DNA from: an uncultured delta proteobacterium
GTDB taxonomy: Bacteria; Desulfobacterota; GWC2-55-46
Assembly: GCA_963727865.1 (NCBI GenBank)
Contig: CAVSHY010000019.1
Coordinates: 73,683 to 137,682 of the forward strand
DNA: 64,000 nt
Direction of reading: 5' to 3'
The translations under genes were made by a program, and so were the position numbers. Under the pieces are notes generated by a model. The model saw only the letters and a program-made list of their open reading frames with translations. It made no database searches and was not told where the DNA came from. Shown one piece after another: positions 18,384 to 26,939 of the stretch. Within the stretch, counting starts at the first letter, position 1. The number at the start of each line of letters is the position of its first letter.

Positions 18384-19061
18384 TTAACGTCCTCCTTTCC
18401 CACCGTAGTTTCTCCATAAAGCATCGTGGGCTGTGCCTTTGTTCCTGCTCCTGTATCTACCGCTCCAGATAATATTGAATACGATCAGTATGCCTATAAA
18501 CCCGCCAAGGCCTATGACAGTAAACGTGCTTGTCGCGGGGGTGGCGACGTCGCCTGAGACTATACCCGACGCAGGCAGCGCTGGGGGAGCCGATGCGGAA
18601 GCCGGCGCATTCTTTGCCTGAAGCTCGAAGAACGCGCGAAGGGCATCAACCTCATCATCATTAACGTTCCTGTTTGAGAAGATAGGCCCCATTACCGGTG
18701 TGCCGCTGCTGTTGATCCATGCGCCGTTTACGAGAGGATTTGTCGACTGGTCCGCGTATACCTTCGTGAGGTCCGGCCCGAGGATGCCGCCGCCCAGCTC
18801 GCCTACGCCCGCGCTGTGGCATGATATACACGGCGGTCCGCCGTTAGCGAAAGGCTTTCCTCCGGTAAAATACATCCTGCCAAGGTTCGGGTCACCCTTT
18901 TCCAGCGGTCCGGCGGGAGCCGCCGGAGCCACAGCCGCAGCGGCAGGCGCGGCAGCCTGCTCAGCTTTCACCAGCGCCGGCAGAAGCCCTGAAACCAGAA
19001 TCGCCGCCAACCCGATTCCCAACCCTTTCTTTGCAATTTTCTTACATCCCTTTAGAACCAT
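18384..19061 (-). CDS. Membrane-anchored monoheme c-type cytochrome, translationally coupled to narG
   Basis: 225 aa. N-terminal signal/anchor, Ala/Pro linker, a single CISCH heme motif with GGILGPDLT, a second Ala/Pro/Ser linker and a C-terminal TM helix. The stop abuts the narG ATG (18384/18383). AAGGAGG ribosome-binding site upstream. Confidence 0.7.
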   Translation of the reverse strand: MVLKGCKKIAKKGLGIGLAAILVSGLLPALVKAEQAAAPAAAAVAPAAPAGPLEKGDPNLGRMYFTGGKPFANGGPPCISCHSAGVGELGGGILGPDLTKVYADQSTNPLVNGAWINSSGTPVMGPIFSNRNVNDDEVDALRAFFELQAKNAPASASAPPALPASGIVSGDVATPATSTFTVIGLGGFIGILIVFNIIWSGRYRSRNKGTAHDALWRNYGGKGGR

Positions 19062-19198
19062 ACCCTACACCTCCTTTTACTTCCGCTTTTTACTTTTTTC
19101 ATATATCTACAACCTGCATAGATAACCGGATGCTATTTTAGGTTTTTGTTGAAACCGGCGCTGGCCTTATACTGAGGCGCCCGGCAGGCGCCGGCTTT

Positions 19199-19687
19199 TT
19201 AAGCTGAGACATTTGGTTCGATGTTGCCTCTCGCCAGATTAAGAGTGACCCTAAGAACATCGAAACCTGTTTTCTGAGATCTCTCCACTCTCCTGTCCGG
19301 ATGCGGCGATGAGCGCTTTACATTACATCTCTTCGCCGAGAATAAGTCCAGCGCGTGATCCTGAAATTTATAGATATAGATAAAGAATTCTTTTCCGCAC
19401 ACGGCCTGGACGCCGTTGAGCGAGCCGAGGACTCTGCCGAAAAGAGCCGGATGGTTCCTTAACATAGCATTATCATCAGGCGAATTCAGATCCGGTTCGG
19501 TTCTCGCTGACCGGCATGGGCCCGTGGACGTCCCGGGTCTGCACCGCTCATCCCGCCTCTTTGAATCCGCGCCGAAAATGAAAGAGGTAATGCGCAGCAA
19601 ATATATGTGAAGGCGTTTTATCTCTCTTTTGACCATTTGATTCACAGGTGCCGGAATCCTCCGAATCTCAAACGGTGTATATGGCAT
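19199..19687 (-). CDS. Orphan ORF (Arg-rich, no recognisable family); may be non-coding or a gene remnant
   Basis: 162-aa ORF, the only long one in a 1.7-kb gap. No ribosome-binding site or domain recognised. Confidence 0.2.
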   Translation of the reverse strand: MPYTPFEIRRIPAPVNQMVKREIKRLHIYLLRITSFIFGADSKRRDERCRPGTSTGPCRSARTEPDLNSPDDNAMLRNHPALFGRVLGSLNGVQAVCGKEFFIYIYKFQDHALDLFSAKRCNVKRSSPHPDRRVERSQKTGFDVLRVTLNLARGNIEPNVSA

Positions 19688-20255
19688 TTATTTTAGGGGC
19701 ATCGTTGAAGTTTATAAAAGAATGCCGCCTGTATAAATCCGCTTTTTAGTCTCCGATTTTTGCAGAGTGGCGCTAACATACCAGATTTGAAAAACCCTGT
19801 CCAGCATTTTCCGCTTTTCTGATAAAAAAAACAGCGGGCAATTTTCCATTTCGCGTTGCGACCGGTATTATAATAGGTACCGCACGCAGTATCTACCGCA
19901 ATCTGTTTCTTCCCGGGGGCGGCTTTCCGGCCTGCCCGGCCTCACTTTTTGATACCGCCGGAGTATCCTTCAGCGCCGGCCAGGTGTGAATCCCGGCGCT
20001 CCGCCCATCTGCCTGCCACGGTCCAACCCTGAGCCACGCCACAGTCCAGTCCATTTTCTAATCCGGCGGAACCAGCTGTTTGGCTCTGAGCCCTCTGTTA
20101 AAGATTAGATTATTTAATGTGGAAATTGTTATGTAAAGCAATATGCATACCAAGTAATCAGCTAACGTTTTGCGATTTGCATTAAACAGGTATTTTTGCA
20201 GGACAAAAAGATGTCTTTTAACAGATCCGTATGTCAACCTTTCATATGTAAATAT

Positions 20256-20271
20256 GTTACCATAAGGTAAC
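20256..20271. promoter_or_regulatory. Perfect palindrome GTTACC-ATAA-GGTAAC (candidate operator)
   Basis: Read directly from the sequence. More GGTAAC/GTTACC-like half-sites lie at 20345-20350, 20366-20370 and 20420-20425, in the AT-rich divergent region. Confidence 0.3.
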
Positions 20272-20796
20272 ACTTCTAACGTACTTATGATAATTGTCAA
20301 TTAAAATCGCTTTAAAAACATAATATTCAGTCATATTACTATTTGGTAACATGACTTTCCATTAAGTAACACTTATGGCTACAATTGGCTCACGCGGATT
20401 ATTATTGATAAATTCATACGTTACCGCACCGTCCACGTCCCCTCCAGAAATTTTAGATATTTATCATAAATTATCTTGACATAATTTAACAATGTTGGTA
20501 TTTAGTAAAAAACTGACAAATATCATATATTCTTTTTGCTGAAGAAGGAAGGTAGCGCTGGAGAGTTTATCATAATCCACTGTAAAACCGCATCTGCTCA
20601 GAGGATATTAACGCGTCGCGAATACTGCCGCCATCATAAAGATAAAATCTTTCCGTGATGCGTTAACAGCCCGGCGCAGTGGATAAATGGCAAACTCACC
20701 GTTGTCCGCTTAAAACTGCCTCTTCCCGGATTTTATGATGTTTAGCAGAGTACCGACGGCTGCAAAAATAAACGGAAAGGAGAAACGGTCGAGAAT

Positions 20797-22022
20797 ATGT
20801 CAAATTTCAGAACATTTTTAAAGGCAGGTCACCCACCCACTCTGTTCGCCTCATTCCTGTATTTTGACTTCTGTTTCGCGATATGGGTCTTAAACGGAGC
20901 GATGGCGCCGTTCATAAGCGAGGCGTTCCACCTTACGCCGGCGCAGAAAGGTTTCATGATATCCGTGCCCATCATGTCAGGCGCAGTAATGAGGTTCCCG
21001 CTCGGGGTGCTCTCCCAATACATAGGCAGAAAGAAGAGCGGCGCTGGTTGAGATGGGTATGATACTCCTAGCCATGATATCGGGTACCTCGTTGTAAAGA
21101 CCTTACCACGACGTCCTTGCAATGGGAGTGCTATCTAGGCATAGCCGGCGCGAGTTTCGGCGTCGCCCTCTCGCTCGGCGCAGGCTGGTTCCCGCCGCAG
21201 TACAAGGGCCTGGCGATGGGCATAGCAGGCGCAGGTAACGCGGGCACGGTACTTGCCGTGCTGCTCGCCCCGCCGCTTGCGATGAAGTACGGCTGGCAGA
21301 ATGTCTACGGGTTCGCGGCGCTTACGATGCTCGTACCGTTTCTTGTAATGCTGATATTCGCTAAAGAGCCGCCTGACAGGGAAAACCACAAGCTCGGAGA
21401 GATGCTCAAGTGCCTGGTTGAAAAAGACGGGTGGGTATTCAACGCAGTATACATCATCACCTTCGGCGGCTTCATAGGCCTGGCCAACTTCCTGCCGACC
21501 TTCTTCTACGACCAGTTCGGGGTGACAAAGGTTCAGGCAGGACAGCTGACCATGCTTGCGGCCGTCATGGGCAGCGCAATCAGGATAGTCGGAGGATGGA
21601 TGGCCGACAGATGGGGCGGCATAAACGCCCTTGCCATCGTATTCATAATGGTCATCGTCTTCATGCTCTTCCAGGCTACGTCACCGACGCTTGTTATGAC
21701 GACCATACTCTTCATGCTCTGCTTCGCGGCCTTAGGCATGGGCAACGGCTCGCTCTTCCAGCTTGTGCCGCATCGCTGGCCGACGACCACGGCGGTTGCG
21801 GGCAGCATGATAGGCGAAATCGGCGCATTAGGCGGCGGATTCGTGCCGAATGCCATGGGCCTGTCCAAGCAGTACACCGGCACGTTCGCCTTCGGCTTCC
21901 TATCGTTTGCCGTATTCGCAGGGATTGTATTTCTGATACTGATGATAGCTCAGCGCCGCTGGACCAGGACATGGGTCGGCAAGGGTGGCAAGGCATTGTC
22001 TGAAGTAAAACACATTGCCTGA
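20797..22022 (+). pseudogene. Second NarK-like MFS nitrate/nitrite transporter, disrupted near codon 80
   Basis: ORFs 20797..21051 and 21117..22022 are the N- and C-terminal parts of one NarK-like protein (...LGIAGASFGVA..., GIAGAGNAGT). The connecting ~100 nt only reads through by changing frame twice and passing a TAA at 21095. Confidence 0.6.
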
Positions 22023-22127
22023 TCCACATCGCACGGCGGAAACGCCTGCATTTAACTAAAACGCATAAAGGCTGCGGCTTAAAACCCGATAGTTCGTATA
22101 TTTAAAATACATATAGGCGAGGTTATC

Positions 22128-22568
22128 ATGCAATATAAGAACATCATCTGTCCCATAGATGGTTCGGAGCTGTCAGACAGGGCTGAGGAGACGGCTGTTT
22201 ATCTTTGCAAGCTCTCCGGCGCCAAGCTGTCGCTGCTGCATGTCGTTGAGAAATGGTACCGCTCAGCGCATATGGTCACTAATTCGGCGGAGTGGCAGAC
22301 CATACACGAAGAATGGCTGAATAAAGGGAGGGAACTCCTGGAAAAAGAAGCTCTGAAACTTAAAAATAAAGGCGTTGGGCATATAGACACTGTGCTGAGG
22401 GACGGCGACGCGGCGCACGAAATAGTGGCGCTGGCCGTGGAGACTAAGGCCGACCTGATAGTGATAGCAAGCCACCATTATGCTCCTGTTGGCAAGCTTT
22501 TCTACGGCAGTGTTACCGATAAGGTAACAAAGCACTCGCCGTGCCCTGTGCTGTGGCTATTTAAGTAA
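22128..22568 (+). CDS. Universal stress protein (UspA family)
   Basis: 146 aa. USP pattern: ...ILCPIDGSE...LLHVV... and the C-terminal GSVTDKVTKHSPCPVL. Confidence 0.8.
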   Translation: MQYKNIICPIDGSELSDRAEETAVYLCKLSGAKLSLLHVVEKWYRSAHMVTNSAEWQTIHEEWLNKGRELLEKEALKLKNKGVGHIDTVLRDGDAAHEIVALAVETKADLIVIASHHYAPVGKLFYGSVTDKVTKHSPCPVLWLFK

Positions 22569-22659
22569 ATCGTATCCCCTTTCATAAGGGCGTTCCGTAG
22601 CGTCAGCCTTACAGGGCGCGCCAGGTTACGCCGCTCCATTATAAGGAAATGAAATCCGC

Positions 22660-22689
22660 CAGGCGGGCCGCGTTTATGCGGCCCGCCTG
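22660..22689. terminator. Bidirectional intrinsic terminator
   Basis: Perfect 12-bp stem (CAGGCGGGCCGC / GCGGCCCGCCTG) with a 6-nt loop. T-rich after it on the + strand. Lies between convergent uspA and the ABC-F gene. Confidence 0.6.
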
Positions 22690-22768
22690 ATCTTTTTAAA
22701 GTTATCCGCCCGTATTAAGCTGCTCCTCTGTAGAGCTGAGCCGAGCCTCAAACTCTTTGGTTCTTAAA

Positions 22769-24577
22769 TCACGCTCTTTTGTAAGCGATTCCAGTTCGTC
22801 GAAAAGCGAATCTATCTTTTCGCTCAGATTCATGGTATGCCCTGGAAAGAAGAGGGATCTTTTCAGCATCCCCGTTTTCAGAGGCGAGAGTAAGTTCACG
22901 GCCGATCTCTTCGCTCATCTTTTCAGTATTGACAATGGCGTATTCGAGTTCCGAGATACTCCTTTCCAGATTGCCCAGGGTCTTTTGCCGGTCGGCCATC
23001 GCCTGGGCGCGCATCTTCCGAAGCTCTTTTTTATTAACGCCCTTTACAGGTTTTGTTTTATTTGCCTTCGCGCTCTCTTCCAGGGCCTCACTCTCCCAGC
23101 CGACACGCTCAAGGAAATCCCTGTAAGAGCCCTCAAAAAGACTGACCTTGCCTCCATCGAAGACTATAAGACGGTTCGCTATGGCGTTAAGTATCATCTC
23201 GCTGTGCGTTACTATCGCGACAGCGCCGCTGAAAGAGGAGATCGCCTCCACAAGCGAATCAATCGAATCCATGTCAAGGTGGTTTGTAGGCTCATCGAGC
23301 AAAAGCATGTTTGCCGGGCTGAGAAGAAGTTTCCCCAGGAGAACCCTGCTTTTTTCGCCGCCTGAAAGCACATCTATCTTCTTTAGCGCCTTATCGCGTT
23401 CGAACATCATTATGCCGCAGGCCCTGCGTGCGGCCGCGCGGTTATTATCCGGATGCGAGTCCATCATTTCTTCTTCAACGGTCTTTTTACGGTCGAGCCG
23501 CTCTATATTCGTCTGGCCGAAATACGCAAGTTTCAAATTTGGGTGACGTCTGACTTCTCCGCCCAGCGGCTTAAGTTCCCCGGCCAGGACGTTCAGAAGC
23601 GTCGTCTTTCCCTTGCCGTTTTTACCGACGACAGCTATCCTGTCGCCTTTATTAACCGAAAAACCGAGGCCGCTGAAAAGTAAAGCGCCTTCTTCAAACC
23701 CGAATGAAAGATCTTCAACATCCATAAGACGTTTCGCGTGGAATGGCGCGGAATTAAACCGGAAATCAAGGGTCTCGATCTCATCCAATCTTTCGAGTTT
23801 TTCTTTTTTATCGAGGGCTTTTATCCTGGACTGTACGGCGCTTGCCTTGGTCGCCTGGGCCCTGAAACGGTTTATAAACTTCTCGGCCTCGATCCTTTTC
23901 TTCTCCTCGTTCGCGCGAGTCTTTTCATGGATTTCCTCTTCCTGCTCAATCTGGCCGTATAGCTTGCGCGTAGGCCCCTGAATCTTTCTGATTTTAGTCC
24001 TGTGGATGGCCATGGTGTGGGTCGTGACGCTATCCATGAATTCACGGTCATGGGTTATCAGCACAAGCTCATTCCTCCATCCCGTCAAAAACTTCTTGAG
24101 CCAGCGTATGGAGACTATGTCGAGATAGTTCGTAGGCTCGTCGAGGAGAAGAAGATTGGGGGAAGAAGTTAATACCTTGGCGAGATTCAACCTGATCTGG
24201 TAACCGCCGGAGAGTTCACTTGGATTCAAATCAAAATAATCTTCTCCCATACCGAGCCCGGCGAGAATGACCTTGACCTTATACGTCTCATCGACTCCGT
24301 CCTCTGACTTTGGAAGGCTTAAGGAGCATTCCTTAAGAACCGTATCTTCAGAAAAACTTATATGCTGTGAAAGATGCCCGGTTCTGTAATACCTGGGCAC
24401 GATTATCTCGCCCGCGTCCGGCTCCTCCAGCCCGAGTATCATGCGGAAAAGGGTCGTTTTCCCGTGGCCGTTCCTGCCGACGAGCCCGATTCGTTCGCCC
24501 TGGCCTATGAAAAAACTTACATCGTCAAATATGACCTGTTCGCCGTAAGCCTTTTTGAGTCCCGCGACTTTAATCAT
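22769..24577 (-). CDS. ABC-F family ATPase (two ABC domains, no TM; ribosome-associated type)
   Basis: 602 aa. Two Walker A motifs (GRNGHGKTT, GKNGKGKTT), two LSGG signatures and a charged inter-domain linker. The 3' end is probably frameshifted, with the true stop likely at 22702. Confidence 0.85.
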   Translation of the reverse strand: MIKVAGLKKAYGEQVIFDDVSFFIGQGERIGLVGRNGHGKTTLFRMILGLEEPDAGEIIVPRYYRTGHLSQHISFSEDTVLKECSLSLPKSEDGVDETYKVKVILAGLGMGEDYFDLNPSELSGGYQIRLNLAKVLTSSPNLLLLDEPTNYLDIVSIRWLKKFLTGWRNELVLITHDREFMDSVTTHTMAIHRTKIRKIQGPTRKLYGQIEQEEEIHEKTRANEEKKRIEAEKFINRFRAQATKASAVQSRIKALDKKEKLERLDEIETLDFRFNSAPFHAKRLMDVEDLSFGFEEGALLFSGLGFSVNKGDRIAVVGKNGKGKTTLLNVLAGELKPLGGEVRRHPNLKLAYFGQTNIERLDRKKTVEEEMMDSHPDNNRAAARRACGIMMFERDKALKKIDVLSGGEKSRVLLGKLLLSPANMLLLDEPTNHLDMDSIDSLVEAISSFSGAVAIVTHSEMILNAIANRLIVFDGGKVSLFEGSYRDFLERVGWESEALEESAKANKTKPVKGVNKKELRKMRAQAMADRQKTLGNLERSISELEYAIVNTEKMSEEIGRELTLASENGDAEKIPLLSRAYHESERKDRFAFRRTGIAYKRA

Positions 24578-24796
24578 TTTCCCTTTGCTTCTTAATTAAT
24601 AAGAACAGTTTATACAATGCCTGTAATGACCGGATTAATCAAACATTCTACACTATTAAGAAGAATTTTTAAATTCTTTTATGAACTTTCCTGCCGTAAA
24701 GGAATATTGAAAAACGCCCCTTTAAATTGAGGATTAAGCGCGGCTTGCCGCGGAGCTTTTCTGCGGGCAGGGTGAACGCTATGCATTTTCAAGTAA

Positions 24797-25213
24797 TTAT
24801 TGAAACCCACCGTCTTCGAAGGCGGCTTTAAGGCGCGCCTTTGTGTTTTCGAGTTCTTCGGGAGGATACGGTTCCCTTAGGTTTCTACCCCAGACCGCGC
24901 CCGGCCAGGACGCGTCTTTCCTGAATCTTCCTATAATATGTACATGGAGCTGTGAGACGATATTTCCAAGGGCGCCGATATTTATCTTATCGGTTTTAAA
25001 AATCTCCTCTATTATTCTTGAGGTTAAAGCGATCTCCTCGATCAGGACCGAACGGTCAACCTTTGTAAGCTCGTGTATCTCCCTGACACCCTCCATCCTT
25101 GGGACGAGTATCAGCCAGGGAAAAGACCGGTCTTTCATTAAAAGGACGAGGCTTAGTTTAAGGCTTGCGACTTCTACTGTATCCTCTCTAAGCCTCTCAT
25201 CAAGGGCAAACAT
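24797..25213 (-). CDS. HIT (histidine triad) family protein
   Basis: 138 aa with the histidine triad QLHVHIIGR. Confidence 0.8.
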   Translation of the reverse strand: MFALDERLREDTVEVASLKLSLVLLMKDRSFPWLILVPRMEGVREIHELTKVDRSVLIEEIALTSRIIEEIFKTDKINIGALGNIVSQLHVHIIGRFRKDASWPGAVWGRNLREPYPPEELENTKARLKAAFEDGGFQ

Positions 25214-25234
25214 GATAAAAACCTTCGCTATCTT

Positions 25235-25645
25235 TCACGTACTCAATAAAAAAGGTAAAACCCGTCGAAAAAATATAAGACCCCGACAAACGCGGTTACG
25301 AGGCCCATGAGCCAAAAAGGTTTTTTTTTTAACTGCGGAAATCGAGGAAAGCATTATGCCGATCTGGATGAAGATAAGAGCGAAACCGAAGGTCCCGGCG
25401 CGGCGTTGCGCAGTCTCTTTGTTTTTTGCCAGATCCTCAGCCTTTGCTTTTATATCCTTTTTTTCTCCGTCGTAACGCTTTAGATTATCCTCATATCCCG
25501 CTATGGCCTTGTCGAATTTTACCTCCGCATCTTTTGAAAGCCTGCCTTTTTGGGCAAGGACCTCAAGTTCCAGCAGCTGCTTTTGAAGCTCAAAATTGTG
25601 CGATTTAATGCTCTTTGCCTCTTTCCCGTATCTTATCTCCACCAT
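25235..25645 (-). CDS. DUF4337-like coiled-coil membrane protein, C-terminus frameshifted in a homopolymer
   Basis: Coiled-coil N-terminal part followed by the TM helix FALIFIQIGIMLSSISAVKKK. Removing one base from the T10 run (25321-25330) yields a second TM helix, PFWLMGLVTAFVGVLYFFDGFYLFY, with a stop at 25243. Confidence 0.45.
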   Translation of the reverse strand: MVEIRYGKEAKSIKSHNFELQKQLLELEVLAQKGRLSKDAEVKFDKAIAGYEDNLKRYDGEKKDIKAKAEDLAKNKETAQRRAGTFGFALIFIQIGIMLSSISAVKKKTFLAHGPRNRVCRGLIFFRRVLPFLLST

Positions 25646-25655
25646 GACTAAAACC

Positions 25656-26738
25656 TTACGGTTTCGAAGGGGGATCAGCGCGTTCTTTAAGGACCCTGTT
25701 GACCTCGTCTATCACGGCGTCCACTATCTCTTTCTCTTTAACCTTCCTTACGGACTTACCCTTAACATATATAAGCCCGACCCCGTCGCCACCCGCGACC
25801 CCGACGTCGGACCCCATAGCCTCACCGGGCCCGTTTACAGCGCAGCCCATCACGGCTATATTAAGCGGTTCCTGCACATGGGAAAGCCGCCTTTCAATCT
25901 CAAGCGCGATTGAGACGCAATCGAGCTTGATCCTGCCGCACGTCGGGCAGGAAATAAGGTTAATCCCCCGTTTCCTGAGTTCCAGGGACTTTAATATCTC
26001 CCAGCCTACCCTGACCTCGTCGACAGGGTCGCATGTAAGGGAAACCCTCATGGTATCCCCTATGCCCTCGGAAAGAAGCACCCCAAGGCCGACGGATGAC
26101 TTTACGGTGCCGGAGAATATAGTGCCGGCCTCGGTTACGCCTATATGAAAGGGATAGTCGACCTTCTTGGCAAGTAGCCTGTAGCTGTCTATCGTAAGAC
26201 GCACGCTCGATGACTTCAGGGATACCTTTATCTCCCTGAAGTCCATATCCTCGAGTATGCTTACGTGGCGCAACGCGCTCTCCGCGAGCGCCTCAGCCGT
26301 GGGATGCCCGTACTTTGAAAGGAGCTCCTTTTCAAGCGAACCGGAGTTAACGCCTATCCTTATGGGAACCTTCCTGGCGCTTGCCGCCCTTACGACCTCT
26401 TTTATCCGCTCTCTGGAGCCGATGTTGCCGGGGTTAATCCTCAGCCCGTCAACCCCCTCATCAATGGACGCAAGCGCCAGCTTCCAGTCAAAATGGATAT
26501 CAGCGATAACGGGTATGGTTATTTCCTTTTTTATGCGCCCGATAGAAGTCGCCGCGTCCATATCTGGCACGGCTACCCTTACAATTTCACATCCCGCGCT
26601 TTCGAGCGCCTTTATCTGGGCGACGGTTGAGGCGATGTCGGCGGTATCGGTGTTTGTCATGGATTGAACGCTTACCGGGGCGTCCCCGCCGACCCTTACG
26701 CCGCCTATCTTAAGCTCACGCGTTTTTCTTCTCATCAT
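25656..26738 (-). CDS. ispG: 4-hydroxy-3-methylbut-2-en-1-yl diphosphate synthase
   Basis: 360 aa. IspG/GcpE pattern throughout (VGG.APV.VQSMTNT, CPTCGR, GCAVNGPGE). Confidence 0.9.
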   Translation of the reverse strand: MMRRKTRELKIGGVRVGGDAPVSVQSMTNTDTADIASTVAQIKALESAGCEIVRVAVPDMDAATSIGRIKKEITIPVIADIHFDWKLALASIDEGVDGLRINPGNIGSRERIKEVVRAASARKVPIRIGVNSGSLEKELLSKYGHPTAEALAESALRHVSILEDMDFREIKVSLKSSSVRLTIDSYRLLAKKVDYPFHIGVTEAGTIFSGTVKSSVGLGVLLSEGIGDTMRVSLTCDPVDEVRVGWEILKSLELRKRGINLISCPTCGRIKLDCVSIALEIERRLSHVQEPLNIAVMGCAVNGPGEAMGSDVGVAGGDGVGLIYVKGKSVRKVKEKEIVDAVIDEVNRVLKERADPPSKP

Positions 26739-26939
26739 ATCCTTAAATCATCACTTTTATTGTTGAATTTAGCAAACATCCTTAACATATAACTATACTA
26801 TAATCCGAAGCAAAATTCATCCTGATATTTTATGGAGGAGGCCTTTCCATCGGTCCATAGAAAATTTCTCTCAAATCATTTTTTCAGCGGCCTTTTCTGA
26901 TACCTTGACCGGACTTCAAAAAGGTTATAAGCTGTTCCA

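Noticed and set aside
19380-19470. Possible Moco (molybdenum cofactor) riboswitch upstream of the cytochrome c-narG operon, suggested by GAGCCGAGG / CCUCGGCUC-like strings and GGAAAAG.
   Set aside because: The order and orientation of the strings do not match the conserved CCUCCGAGCC ... GGAAAGG ... GCCUCCC arrangement as I remember it. The region also lies inside the 162-aa ORF and about 350 nt from the operon start. A covariance-model search is needed before any claim.
20058-20300. 80-aa ORF (minus strand) in the AT-rich intergenic DNA, and a 61-aa ORF at 5772..5957 (+) in the AT-rich leader of the beta-helix gene.
   Set aside because: Both lie in very AT-rich sequence where random ORFs of this size are expected. 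Neither has a ribosome-binding site or a recognisable motif.
20400-20510. FNR/CRP-type (TTGAT-N4-ATCAA), NarL 7-2-7 or NsrR boxes in the nar / narK-like control region.
   Set aside because: The best candidates (TTGATaaatTCATA at 20404, TTGACataaTTTAA at 20476, AAGATGTCTTTTAAC at 20209) each miss several consensus positions in one half-site. That is not distinguishable from chance in AT-rich DNA.
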